A DNA stretch of 64,000 nt from an uncultured virus (IMG/VR IMGVR_UViG_3300010348_001764) (lineage: Duplodnaviria; Heunggongvirae; Uroviricota; Caudoviricetes), in the IMG/VR virus record IMGVR_UViG_3300010348_001764; one strand, written 5' to 3'. A program made the translations under genes and the position numbers. Shown here piece by piece: positions 1 through 9,423 of the stretch (the first letter of the stretch is position 1; each line of letters opens with the position of its first letter). The notes below the pieces were generated by a model. It made no database searches and had not been told where the DNA came from. It saw only the letters and a program-made list of their open reading frames with translations.

Positions 1-438
1 CTGATCGTCAACATGCGCTCGAACGACGTCATCCTCGGCTTCACGAACGACGTGTTCCAGTTCACGATGCTGCAGGAGATCATGGCCGTCCAGCTGCGCG
101 AGTTCTACCCGAACCTGGACGTCGGCTACTACTTCCACAACGCCGGCTCGATGCACATCTACGATCGCCACTTCGAGATGGCCGGCAAGATCATCAAGGA
201 CGAGCGCGCCGTGGACGTGTCCATGATCAAGATGGACGTCTTCGATGAGAAGACCCTTCTCAACCTGCTGGGCGTCAACGCTGTGTGGGTGACCGAGGGC
301 ATGAACCCCGAGTTTGACTTCGACAACCTCGAGCCCTTCAAGCAGCTGTCGCCGTACTGGCAGACGCTCATCAAGTTCTGCTTCGCTGAGGACCACGACG
401 CGTCGCACGACATCTTCGGCCTGCCGCACGACGACTGA
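1..438 (+). CDS. Thymidylate-synthase-fold dCMP-modifying enzyme (dCMP hydroxymethylase/hydroxylase, T4 gp42-like), 5'-truncated by the window edge
   Basis: VNMRSNDVILGFTNDVFQF...AGSMHIYDRHF matches the TS-family RSxD and HxY motifs. It has Asp (NDVF) at the specificity position where dUMP-specific ThyA has Asn (compare PFNIASY in the 20569 gene). Confidence 0.8.
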   Translation: MIVNMRSNDVILGFTNDVFQFTMLQEIMAVQLREFYPNLDVGYYFHNAGSMHIYDRHFEMAGKIIKDERAVDVSMIKMDVFDEKTLLNLLGVNAVWVTEGMNPEFDFDNLEPFKQLSPYWQTLIKFCFAEDHDASHDIFGLPHDD

Positions 439-441
439 CAG

Positions 442-783
442 ATGGCAGAGCTTCGCACCGTTGGAAAGCACCACTGGTGCGAGCGCTGCCGAACGTTTCA
501 CAAGCACGCCGACTTCGATCAGCAGGAGCTGATCGACCGGGCCGTCGAGGACCTCGCAGCCCAGATTGATGCGGAGATTCTAGCGGACCTCCTGAAGGAA
601 CCAAATGCGCTACGAGAAGCAGATCAACGAGGCGTACGAGCGCCTGGGGTTCAAGCCCCGCGACAACCAGGTCGAGCACTGCAACCAGGTGATCGAGGCC
701 TTCCTCGACGAGGGGTTCACCAACGTGGTGCTCTCAGCACCAACTGGTACGGGCAAGTCGATCATCGGGGCCGTCGTCGCTGA
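442..783 (+). CDS. Small hypothetical protein with CxxC motif; 3' part overlaps the helicase gene
   Basis: ATG follows the upstream stop directly; HWCERCRTFH motif. The long overlap with 605..2350 lowers confidence. Confidence 0.35.
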   Translation: MAELRTVGKHHWCERCRTFHKHADFDQQELIDRAVEDLAAQIDAEILADLLKEPNALREADQRGVRAPGVQAPRQPGRALQPGDRGLPRRGVHQRGALSTNWYGQVDHRGRRR

Positions 784-2350
784 CGTCATTCACTCGATCA
801 AGTACCCAGACGACCCAGCGCACGCCTCCTTCATGCTGACCGCCACGAACGTGCTGGCGCAGCAGTACGACGACGCCTTCGGCCAGGAGGATGGCCAGCC
901 GTGGGACGGCCGCTTCCTTGTTGTGAAGGGCGCATCCAACTACGACTGCGCGGCCCTCTCCACCGACGAGGAGCCGGCACGGGCTGACAGCTGCGCGATC
1001 ATGCTCTTCAAGAAGCAGGGCATGCAGGACATCCTCGACAAGTACTGCGAGAAGTGCGAGTACAAGTGGTCGCGGGCAATGCGCAACCGCACGCGCCACC
1101 TCATCACGAACTACTCGTACTACTTCATCGACCGCATGTACGCGACGCACCCGATGGAGAAGCGCTCGGTGTGCATCTTCGACGAGGCGCACCTGCTGAA
1201 CGACCTGTTCGTGGAGCACAACGCCATCTACTTCTCCGAGAAGCGGCTGACGCAGTTCGAGATGGAAACGGCTGAGCTGCTGGACGGGCAGGGCGGCTTT
1301 CACGTGATCAAGCGCGACCTGGTGCAGGGCAAGATCAACGAGAAGACGTACCAGGACTACCTCAAGAAGCTGCAGGACCTGTACAACGGCGTGTCAGATG
1401 CGCTCAAGGCCCGAGCCGACCGCAACGTGCGCAACCACTCCAAGTACCTGAAGCTGAACCGCGCCTCCAAGAAGTACCACGACCTCGCGTGCAAGATCGA
1501 CGACCTGTTCCTCTTCGAGTACCCACACGTCTTCGAGTACAAGCCGAAGGACCTCAAGAAGCAGCAGAACGAGCACGAGGTCACCGTCAAGCCCATCTTC
1601 GTGGGTGAGATGTTCGAGTGCCTCCACAACGCCGAGCACAACCTCTTCATGTCCGCCACCGTCACCGAGAGCTACATGAAGCGGACGATGACGCTGCCTG
1701 GCACCACGAAGCACATTCGCCTTGCCCCGCAGTTTCCGCCCGAGAACAAGAAGGTGGTGTTCCTGAAGCCGCAGACGCTCAACTACACCACAATGAAAGA
1801 CCCTGAGGTGGTCAAGCGGCTCTGCGCCAACGTCTGGCAGATCGTGGAGCACCACACCAAGGCCGGCGAGCGCGGCATCGTGCTCTGCCCCTCCTTCAAC
1901 GTCGTGCAGTCCATCGCTGAGACGCTGCGAGGAGTGAAGATCCCTGGCCTCCGCGTCTTCGAGCAGGTGCGTGGACAGAAGCTGGCTGAGCTTCTCGATG
2001 ACTTCAAGGACTACGAGGGCGGACCTGCGGTCATCCTCACGCCGTCCGGCTTCGAGGGCATCGACCTGCCTGGTGACCTGAGCCGGTACCAGGTCATCGT
2101 GAAGGCGCCGTTCGGTTCCCTCGGAGACCGAAGGATTGAGCACATCCTCAACGTCTACCCAGACATCTACTCGCTCATCACGCTCATGAAGGTCGTGCAG
2201 GGTGCAGGTCGATCGGTCAGGTCGAAAGAGGACCACGCCGTGACGTACATGCTGGACACGGCGATCCAGCGGCTCTGGACGAAGAACAACGAATGGGCCG
2301 ATGAGTTTCTAACCTCCTTCAAGTCATCCCTGAAGGACCTGGTAGAGTAA
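605..2350 (+). CDS. DinG/XPD-like superfamily 2 helicase
   Basis: Walker A APTGTGKS, DEAH box, MSAT motif III, EGIDLPGD, QGAGRSVRS motif VI, and four Cys consistent with an FeS cluster. Confidence 0.85.
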   Translation: MRYEKQINEAYERLGFKPRDNQVEHCNQVIEAFLDEGFTNVVLSAPTGTGKSIIGAVVADVIHSIKYPDDPAHASFMLTATNVLAQQYDDAFGQEDGQPWDGRFLVVKGASNYDCAALSTDEEPARADSCAIMLFKKQGMQDILDKYCEKCEYKWSRAMRNRTRHLITNYSYYFIDRMYATHPMEKRSVCIFDEAHLLNDLFVEHNAIYFSEKRLTQFEMETAELLDGQGGFHVIKRDLVQGKINEKTYQDYLKKLQDLYNGVSDALKARADRNVRNHSKYLKLNRASKKYHDLACKIDDLFLFEYPHVFEYKPKDLKKQQNEHEVTVKPIFVGEMFECLHNAEHNLFMSATVTESYMKRTMTLPGTTKHIRLAPQFPPENKKVVFLKPQTLNYTTMKDPEVVKRLCANVWQIVEHHTKAGERGIVLCPSFNVVQSIAETLRGVKIPGLRVFEQVRGQKLAELLDDFKDYEGGPAVILTPSGFEGIDLPGDLSRYQVIVKAPFGSLGDRRIEHILNVYPDIYSLITLMKVVQGAGRSVRSKEDHAVTYMLDTAIQRLWTKNNEWADEFLTSFKSSLKDLVE

Positions 2351-2351
2351 A

Positions 2352-3467
2352 ATGGGACTATCGATCTTCGCTCCAAGGCCTCGAAAGCCGAAGCGGCACA
2401 GACGAAAGCGAAGCAACGCAGTGAAAATCCGACGTCCCTACGAAAACGCAATGGAAGATCTCGAGAAGTTCTGCCCTCCCGAGGTGCCTCGGAATGAGGT
2501 GGTGTTCGGCACCTACGGCACCGAGGAGTGGATCTACGCCGACTTCCTGCGCAAGCGCCACCTCGACGGCAAGCGCACCCTTGAGAGCGAGACCACGTGG
2601 CTGACGCCAGTCAGTTTCAACCTCGCGGACTGGGTGCGCGAGCGCAGCTTCCCCTCCTTCTCGTTCCTGACCTCGCGCCTCGTTCTGATCCCGACCGAGT
2701 TCGGCTTCATGAAGATCGCGTCGTCGAACAAGAAGATCACCGTCACCCTTACCGGCAATCCCGAGTGGGTCGACGACGAGCTCAAGCTGCTGGCCTCCCG
2801 TTTCTCCAAGGCCGAGAACCTCGTGCAATGGGTGTACAACGTCAACGGCCACACCATCGACGTGCCGCTCAACTACAGGGCCGGCATCAACGCGGCCTAC
2901 CCATGGATCGGAGAGCCGTACACCGAGTACATCGACAAGTACCTTGACAGCGAGGCCTGCGTGCTGATCCTCATCGGTCCGCCTGGAACGGGCAAGAGCA
3001 CGCTCATCAAGAACATCATCAAGCGGTCCGGCGGCGACGCGATGGTGGCCTTCGATGAGAAGGTGCTGGGCGGCGACGACTTCTTCGCCACCTTCATGGA
3101 CAGCGACAAGGACATCCTCGTGATGGAGGACGCCGACGCGTTCCTCGAAAGCCGCGAGGACGGCAACACGATGATGCACCGCTTCCTGAACCTCTCCGAC
3201 GGTCTCATCTCCACCACCGGCAAGAAGATCATCTTCTCGACCAACCTTCCCAGCATCGCGTCAATCGACGAGGCGCTGCTTCGACCAGGCCGCTGCTTCG
3301 ACGTGCTGCAGTTCCGCGCGCTCACGCGCAAGGAGGCTCAGGCCGTCCTCGATGAGGTCGGTGACAAGCGCGAGCTGGTTGATGGTGCTGAGCTCACGCT
3401 CGCCCAGATCTTCGCTTCACAGCCGCACGGCGGCAGCCCACGACGAAAGGTAGGGTTCACAGCATGA
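2352..3467 (+). CDS. AAA+ ATPase (start uncertain)
   Basis: GPPGTGKS Walker A, VMEDAD Walker B, STN sensor, ALLRPGRCFD second region of homology. Confidence 0.85.
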   Translation: MGLSIFAPRPRKPKRHRRKRSNAVKIRRPYENAMEDLEKFCPPEVPRNEVVFGTYGTEEWIYADFLRKRHLDGKRTLESETTWLTPVSFNLADWVRERSFPSFSFLTSRLVLIPTEFGFMKIASSNKKITVTLTGNPEWVDDELKLLASRFSKAENLVQWVYNVNGHTIDVPLNYRAGINAAYPWIGEPYTEYIDKYLDSEACVLILIGPPGTGKSTLIKNIIKRSGGDAMVAFDEKVLGGDDFFATFMDSDKDILVMEDADAFLESREDGNTMMHRFLNLSDGLISTTGKKIIFSTNLPSIASIDEALLRPGRCFDVLQFRALTRKEAQAVLDEVGDKRELVDGAELTLAQIFASQPHGGSPRRKVGFTA

Positions 3468-3775
3468 CCATCGTAAGCCGCCCACAGCCAAGCGCACCGA
3501 GCACGAACGGTCTCGGAACCGGCTCCAACACGCTCAACCTCACCGACGAGCAGCTCGAGCTGGTGATGGCTCTCGTCTACAACTGCCGGCTCGGTACAGG
3601 CACTCCCTACTCGCAGGCGGCCTTCGAGCTCATCGGGTTGATCGAGGATGAGTTCGGCGACGACTTCATGCAGGATGCCTCCGACAACGTCAACCTCCAG
3701 GTGACGATCGAAGACGAGCACGGGTTGGTAGAATACGAGACAGACGGCTCGCAGTTCATCACGTTGGAGGTCTGA
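3464..3775 (+). CDS. Small highly acidic hypothetical protein
   Basis: Overlapping start/stop coupling on both sides; 18 Asp/Glu versus 2 Arg and no Lys in 103 aa. Confidence 0.65.
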   Translation: MTIVSRPQPSAPSTNGLGTGSNTLNLTDEQLELVMALVYNCRLGTGTPYSQAAFELIGLIEDEFGDDFMQDASDNVNLQVTIEDEHGLVEYETDGSQFITLEV

Positions 3776-4353
3776 TGTCGAAGTACGTGTACGCAATCGA
3801 GGGGCTTGACCGCCTCGGCAAGTCGACCCTCATCGAGGGCATCCGCAACCGCCTCGGCTACTACGAGGTGATCCACTTCAGCAAGCCGCAGCGCCTCGCT
3901 GCCTACGAGGGCGCCGCTGCCGTGAGCGGCGTTCCACCGCAGTCGCTGCAGTCGTTCCACTACCAGCGCGCCGGCTTTCTGAACTCGATGCTGCTCGCCA
4001 AAAGCGGCGCACGCCTCATCTTCGATCGCTGGCACATCGGCGAGGCCGTGTACGCGCCCATGTACCGTGGCTACAGCGGTGACTACGTCTTTCAGCAGGA
4101 GCTGGACACGGGACTGGCTGACACGGACAACGTGCGCCTCATCCTTCTGTGGGAGGACTTCGACGTTTCAACCCACTTCGTCGACGACGGCGAGAGCCTG
4201 GGTCCAATCCAGAAGCGGGCTGAGGAGCAGATGCGCTTCATGGAGGCCTTCGCGAAGTCCAACATCCGCGACAAGCGCATGATCTGCGTCACCGACCAGG
4301 CGGTCGGCGGCTTCAAGCCCAAGGACTGGATCCTTCACGAAGCACTGGCATGA
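3775..4353 (+). CDS. Thymidylate-kinase-like dNMP kinase
   Basis: IEGLDRLGKST P-loop and IFDRW motif typical of the TMK family. Confidence 0.85.
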   Translation: MSKYVYAIEGLDRLGKSTLIEGIRNRLGYYEVIHFSKPQRLAAYEGAAAVSGVPPQSLQSFHYQRAGFLNSMLLAKSGARLIFDRWHIGEAVYAPMYRGYSGDYVFQQELDTGLADTDNVRLILLWEDFDVSTHFVDDGESLGPIQKRAEEQMRFMEAFAKSNIRDKRMICVTDQAVGGFKPKDWILHEALA

Positions 4354-4568
4354 AGGTGGTGGTGATCAGCAACCCGAGCTCGCCAGCTACGGCGTTTGCG
4401 CGAGCTCGCGCGTTTGGCTACATCACCTTCATCTACGAGCACGCAGATCCCGATCACGTTCTCTCACCTAACAAGTTCACGTATGTGAACGACGATGAAG
4501 AGCTGAAGGAGAAGCTGCACCTCCTCCAGCTTGACCCGTCGGTCCAAGAGGAGATCATTCGATGGTAG
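4350..4568 (+). CDS. Small protein resembling the C-terminal segment of T4 beta-glucosyltransferase
   Basis: FIYEHADPDHVL..FTYVNDDEELKEKLHLLQ resembles the BGT C-terminus as recalled (LIDEEFDTKHRII..RFYVNNRAELIDRVNELK); translationally coupled to neighbours. Confidence 0.5.
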   Translation: MKVVVISNPSSPATAFARARAFGYITFIYEHADPDHVLSPNKFTYVNDDEELKEKLHLLQLDPSVQEEIIRW

Positions 4569-5065
4569 CATCTACCTTTGGCGCGGCCTTTGACAAGCTG
4601 CCGCACAAGCTGCAGCAAGGCATCTGTCGCTCTCTCGTGCTGCGCAAGCAGAACTACCTGGCCGCGCAGGCCGGAAAGCGCTGGAAGCAGATGCGCGTGA
4701 TCCTGGTGGGTGACCGACCAGGCAACGGCGCCAAGAAGCTGCCAGCCAACCATCACCACACGCCGTTCTACAGCACGAAGAACTCCAGCCTCTGGCTAAA
4801 CAAGCAGCTGGAAGAGCTGGGGGTGCATGAGAACGACGTTCTCTGGCTCAACAGCGCCGACCTAAACGGCGTGCCCACCGACCCAAAGCTGCTTGAGGGT
4901 TGGGGAAAGCACACCATCATCGCGCTGGGCGGCAATGCCTCGAAGTGGCTGGAGGAGCACGGAAAGCCGCACCTAAAGGTCTTCCACCCACAGGCGTGGA
5001 AGCGCTTTCACTCGAAGGAGCCCTACCCGCTCCTTGGTCACCTGCAACAGCTGCTCGACCTATAA
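4562..5065 (+). CDS. Uracil-DNA-glycosylase superfamily protein
   Basis: VILVGDRPG (motif A-like), PF, WLN, IIALGGNA and HP (motif B-like) follow the UDG-fold pattern. Confidence 0.65.
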   Translation: MVASTFGAAFDKLPHKLQQGICRSLVLRKQNYLAAQAGKRWKQMRVILVGDRPGNGAKKLPANHHHTPFYSTKNSSLWLNKQLEELGVHENDVLWLNSADLNGVPTDPKLLEGWGKHTIIALGGNASKWLEEHGKPHLKVFHPQAWKRFHSKEPYPLLGHLQQLLDL

Positions 5066-5144
5066 AAAGTCCGGCCAAAGCCGGCCACTTCCGGGTACAA
5101 TGGCATAAGTAACTCGGGCCCGGGTTTCGGGTGAAGGAGACAGC

Positions 5145-6038
5145 ATGAAGAACGTGATGGTGACGGGCGGGTTGGGCTACATCGGCGCCCACCTCGTAGA
5201 TGAGCTGAAGGAGCGAGGACACAAGGTCTTCGTGATCGATCAGAATGAAAAGAGTCCCAACCTCGACTACGTGTCGAAGCGGGCGATGGTGCGGTTGAGC
5301 TCGCTGCAGGACTACCAGCTGCGTCTGCCGGGCGAAGAGCGCATGTTTGACGCGATCGTGCACCTCGCGGCCTACATCGACGTGGCCGAGAGCGTGCGCA
5401 AGCCGCTCAGCTACTGGGACAACAACATCAACAGCACCACCGCGGTGATCGAGAAGTTCGAGACGCCACACTTCATCCTGGCATCGACCGGCACCGCCTT
5501 CGATCCTGCCAACGCCTACGCGCACTCGAAGGTCGCCTGCGAGACGATCGTGCGCGAGGCGGCTGACGCGGACCACGCCACCATCGGCGGCTACACGATC
5601 TTCCGCTACTTCAACGTGAGCGGCCTGAAGAAGGGCATCAACCCGACCGGTGTCCCAACCCACCTCATTCGCCGCGCCGCGATGGCCGCCGCCGGAAAGA
5701 TTCCAGAGCTCACCGTTATGGGCTCGGACTGGGAAACTCGGGACGGCACGGCGATTCGTGACTACATTCACGTTGAGGACCTGGCTGCCTCCATCGCGAA
5801 TGCGATTGATGTAGGTCCAGCAAACACGCCCCATGAGGGACTTGGGTCAGGAAGCGGCTCGACCGTCCTCGAGGTAGTCCAATCAATGAAACGCGTCACG
5901 GGGGTCGACTTTCGAGTTACAATGGCTTCACGTAGACCCGGTGACGTTGCCTCCATGGTATGCGCCAACCAGTATCCTCACATCCGATTGACCAAGACGC
6001 TTGACGACATGTGTCTTTCCGCCTACGAGAACGTATGA
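5145..6038 (+). CDS. galE: UDP-glucose 4-epimerase-like extended SDR
   Basis: TGGLGYIG NAD-binding motif, HLAA, YAHSK (YxxxK), RYFNVSG, DGTAIRDYIHVEDLA, RRPGD. Confidence 0.88.
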   Translation: MKNVMVTGGLGYIGAHLVDELKERGHKVFVIDQNEKSPNLDYVSKRAMVRLSSLQDYQLRLPGEERMFDAIVHLAAYIDVAESVRKPLSYWDNNINSTTAVIEKFETPHFILASTGTAFDPANAYAHSKVACETIVREAADADHATIGGYTIFRYFNVSGLKKGINPTGVPTHLIRRAAMAAAGKIPELTVMGSDWETRDGTAIRDYIHVEDLAASIANAIDVGPANTPHEGLGSGSGSTVLEVVQSMKRVTGVDFRVTMASRRPGDVASMVCANQYPHIRLTKTLDDMCLSAYENV

Positions 6039-7198
6039 AGATCCTCATTACCGGCTTCAATAAAAATCAATGCACGCGCAAGTTCTACCTTCGGCAGCAG
6101 CTGAAGGTTGTGCCGTCGCACTACTCGCTTGTCAACTGCCTGATGGACATGGGCTACGAGGTGGACCAGCGACAGGTCACCATCGGAGAGGACCTGAGCG
6201 GCTACGACGAGATCATCGTGTTCATCGCCGGCCCGCGCCAGCTGGTGGCGACGACCGTCTACGAGGGCCTGTGGGCCATCTCGCAGCGCCCCGACTGCAT
6301 CCTCGCCTTCGACGACTGGCAGGTGCCCGACCTCTTCAAGGGCGTGGCCAAGTGCGATGGCAAACCTGACGAGCTGTTCGCGCAGTTCATTCTCGACGTC
6401 AACAAGAAGACGCTCGAGGAAGTCAAGCCGTACGAGAAGCAGTTCATGCAGGCGCTGAGTGTGATCACCGCCAAGAAGAACCGCATGCTCATCAGCGCCT
6501 TCCGCACCGAGCACCTCGGTGACAATGAGACGTATGGTCCGCACCTGCTGTTCGACAAGATCGACTACCCACGCAACCGCCTGTTCGTGTACAACCCGAA
6601 CCCCTACCACCGCAACCGCATGTGGGGCGATATCGGCCACGAGGGCGATGAAGATCCGACATGGAAGCCGTCGCCGCTCTCCTACACAGTCGGTCCTCGT
6701 CCTGAGAAGGAGCGCCGCTTCAACTTCGCCAGCCTCGTGCAGTCGAAGACGCAGAAGTGGCTCAAGAAGCAGGGCTACACCGGCAACCCGAAGGACGATG
6801 AGCAGGGCACGATCGGTGGCTGGGCAGTGGACCTCTACGGCTCAAAGGCCGAGACGCAGAAGCGCCTGACAGAGGATCAGATGGTCGAGGTCATCACCCG
6901 CGACTGGGGCTGCCTGATGCCGGGCTACGAGCACGCTGGCTCGGGTTGGTGGCGGGCTCGCCCGCTGCAGTGCGCCGCCGCCAGCTCGATCCTGCTGGGC
7001 GACGACAAGGAGCTGCGCGTCTACTACGGCAACGACTACCCGTTCTACGGTCTGAAGGCTGCCGATATCGTCGAGGCCACTGACATGGAGCTACGTGAGA
7101 TCGCTCAGGCGCAGACCGACTTCCTGCACACCATTCATCCGCTCGACAAGAGCGTGCAGGAAGCAGAGCTGCTCGCTGCACTGGTGGCGCCGAAATGA
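6035..7198 (+). CDS. GT-B fold glycosyltransferase, T4 beta-glucosyltransferase-like
   Basis: N-terminal MKILITG strand, LMDMGYEVD, DLSGYDEIIVF, ILAFDDW (candidate catalytic Asp), and C-terminal GWWRARPLQCAAASSILL similar to the BGT sugar-donor region. Coupled to galE. Confidence 0.65.
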   Translation: MKILITGFNKNQCTRKFYLRQQLKVVPSHYSLVNCLMDMGYEVDQRQVTIGEDLSGYDEIIVFIAGPRQLVATTVYEGLWAISQRPDCILAFDDWQVPDLFKGVAKCDGKPDELFAQFILDVNKKTLEEVKPYEKQFMQALSVITAKKNRMLISAFRTEHLGDNETYGPHLLFDKIDYPRNRLFVYNPNPYHRNRMWGDIGHEGDEDPTWKPSPLSYTVGPRPEKERRFNFASLVQSKTQKWLKKQGYTGNPKDDEQGTIGGWAVDLYGSKAETQKRLTEDQMVEVITRDWGCLMPGYEHAGSGWWRARPLQCAAASSILLGDDKELRVYYGNDYPFYGLKAADIVEATDMELREIAQAQTDFLHTIHPLDKSVQEAELLAALVAPK

Positions 7199-7497
7199 TC
7201 GGCTACAAGCTCTTCACGCAGCGGGCTGACGGCTCGCTCGGTCCCCTCTTCATCAACCGCTCGCAGCGGCTGGAGGTCGGCGTTGAGTACCAGGCCGAGG
7301 ATCACCCGACGAAGGGCTACGCGCACCGCCCGGGCTGGCACATCTGCTCGAAGCAGGAAGCGCCGCACCTGAGCAAGAAGGGGCGGGTCTGGGCAAAGGT
7401 GAAGTTCAGCGGCTACACGTCGCACCAGCGGCCGGCGAGCCAGGGTGGGCTGTGGTACACCGCCAACAAGATGAAGATCATGGAGGTTCTCCAATGA
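7195..7497 (+). CDS. Hypothetical protein inside the sugar operon
   Basis: ATGA overlaps on both sides; codon usage like neighbouring genes. Confidence 0.7.
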   Translation: MIGYKLFTQRADGSLGPLFINRSQRLEVGVEYQAEDHPTKGYAHRPGWHICSKQEAPHLSKKGRVWAKVKFSGYTSHQRPASQGGLWYTANKMKIMEVLQ

Positions 7498-8729
7498 GGG
7501 TGCTCGTTGTAGGAGCCGGCTTCGCCGGCGCAGTGGTTGCTCGTGAGTTGGCTGAGGCCGGCCATGAGGTCACGGTCATCGACAAGCGCAACCACGTTGG
7601 TGGCAACGCGTACGACTACGTGAACGAGCACGGTATCCGCGTGCACAAGTACGGTCCCCACATCTGGCACACGTCGAACGACGAGGTGCACGAGTGGGTG
7701 TCGCGCTTCACCGACTGGGTGCCGTACCAGCACTACGTTCGCGCGCAGCTGGGCGATGACTTCAACGACGTGACCGTGCCACTGCCCATCAACCCAGCCA
7801 CCATCGAGGAGGTCTTCGACATGGAGTTCGAGGACTGGCTGGAGGAGAACGAGAAGTGGGTCGACGTCGATGACGAGTACCAGCCCTACGTGAAGCGGGG
7901 CGCACATGCGGCCTTCCTCGAGACGAAGGTGGAACACCACGACCCGGTGACCAACAGCCGCGAGCACGTCGAAAACAGCGTCGGCAAGGAGCTGTGCGAC
8001 CTCTTCTTCGCTCCCTACACCCGCAAGATGTGGGGCCTGGAGCTGGAGCAGCTGCCGGCATCGGTCGCCGCCCGCATTCCGACGAACGTGGAGAGCGGCA
8101 GCCACCTGTACTTTCCGAAGGACAAGCACCAGTACATGCCGGCCGACGGCTACACCGCCATCTTCAACCGCATCTTCGACCACCCCAACATCACGGTGCG
8201 GCTTGACAGCGTGTATGAGGACGGTCGGGTGTGGCGCAACGGCTACGTGCTGGGTAAGGAGTTCGACCACGTCTTCACCGCTCAGCCGATCGACGAGTAC
8301 TTCAAGTGCGAGCTGGGTGAGCTGCCATGGCGCTCGGTAAAGATGCATGTCGTTTCGCTGCCGATGCCGAGCGTGCTGCCCTCGCCGGTGCTGAACTTCA
8401 CTCACTCAGGTCCGCACACGCGCGTCACCGAGTGGAAGAAGTTCCCAGCCCATGGCGGCAACGAGTTCTGGACGACGCTGACGTTTGAGGAGCCCTGCGA
8501 CTACCGCCTCAACGACATGGAGCGCTACTACCCGGTGAAGAGCGCTGACGTCAACGACCCGAACCGTGAGCTCTACAAGCAGTACAAGGAGAAGGCCGAC
8601 GCGCTTCCTGACGTCACCTTCATCGGCCGTTGCGGCCAGTACGCCTACCTCGACATGCACGCCGCCATTTCATCCGCCCTGGCCTCAGTCCGCAAGTTCC
8701 TCAAGGAGAAGAGCGATGCTCAAGTTTGA
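7494..8729 (+). CDS. glf: UDP-galactopyranose mutase (FAD-dependent)
   Basis: GAGFAG dinucleotide fold, GGNAYD, HKYGPHIWHT, YTRKMWG, YFPKDKHQYMP, RYYPV, GRCGQYAYLDMH. Confidence 0.93.
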   Translation: MRVLVVGAGFAGAVVARELAEAGHEVTVIDKRNHVGGNAYDYVNEHGIRVHKYGPHIWHTSNDEVHEWVSRFTDWVPYQHYVRAQLGDDFNDVTVPLPINPATIEEVFDMEFEDWLEENEKWVDVDDEYQPYVKRGAHAAFLETKVEHHDPVTNSREHVENSVGKELCDLFFAPYTRKMWGLELEQLPASVAARIPTNVESGSHLYFPKDKHQYMPADGYTAIFNRIFDHPNITVRLDSVYEDGRVWRNGYVLGKEFDHVFTAQPIDEYFKCELGELPWRSVKMHVVSLPMPSVLPSPVLNFTHSGPHTRVTEWKKFPAHGGNEFWTTLTFEEPCDYRLNDMERYYPVKSADVNDPNRELYKQYKEKADALPDVTFIGRCGQYAYLDMHAAISSALASVRKFLKEKSDAQV

Positions 8730-9423
8730 ACGACCAACCCTCATCACGCTCACGGCACCGACGTGCAGCGGCAAGTCCTACCTGCTCAACGCGCTGGAGG
8801 AGCGCGGTCTCGTCGACCGCATCGTTAGCACGACCACTCGCCCAATGCGTGAAGGCGAGCGCGAAGGCGTCGACTACTACTTCATCTCGCAGGAGCACTC
8901 GCAGAAGCTGGAGGCCGACGAGAACTTCTTCGAGCTGATCACCTTTCGCGGCACCCGCTACGGTGTGACCAACCTGGAGATGGAAGGCAAGATGCGCGCT
9001 GAGCGGCCGCCGATCATCGTGCTCGAGCCACAGGGGCTCGCCATCTACGAGCAGAAGTGCCGCGAGAACGGCTGGGACGTCTTCAAGGTCTACGTGCACG
9101 TCATCGAGAGCCTGCGCATCCAGCGCCTGAACGCGCGCACCGAGAAGGACGTGATGCAGCTGGTCAATGGCGCCTCGGTTCCGAACGGCATTCACTCACG
9201 CACGTTCAGCCAGCTCGCCCTCGAGAAGGCAGCGCAGCAGCTGCCGAAGATCATCGCGGCGCACACCGACCGCCTGCTCTCCATCACCGGTGAGGAGCGC
9301 CACTGGTCCAACGTGACCACCTTCGACGCGCAGGTGCCAGGCGACAACCTCGAGAAGGCGATCGAAACGCTGACCGCCGGCGTTGAGTGGCGCAACAAAC
9401 GCGTGCGGCAGGGCCTCGTATGA
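8716..9423 (+). CDS. gmk: Guanylate-kinase-like nucleotide kinase
   Basis: APTCSGKS P-loop, STTTRPMREGEREGVDYYFIS, RYG. Confidence 0.85.
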   Translation: MLKFERPTLITLTAPTCSGKSYLLNALEERGLVDRIVSTTTRPMREGEREGVDYYFISQEHSQKLEADENFFELITFRGTRYGVTNLEMEGKMRAERPPIIVLEPQGLAIYEQKCRENGWDVFKVYVHVIESLRIQRLNARTEKDVMQLVNGASVPNGIHSRTFSQLALEKAAQQLPKIIAAHTDRLLSITGEERHWSNVTTFDAQVPGDNLEKAIETLTAGVEWRNKRVRQGLV

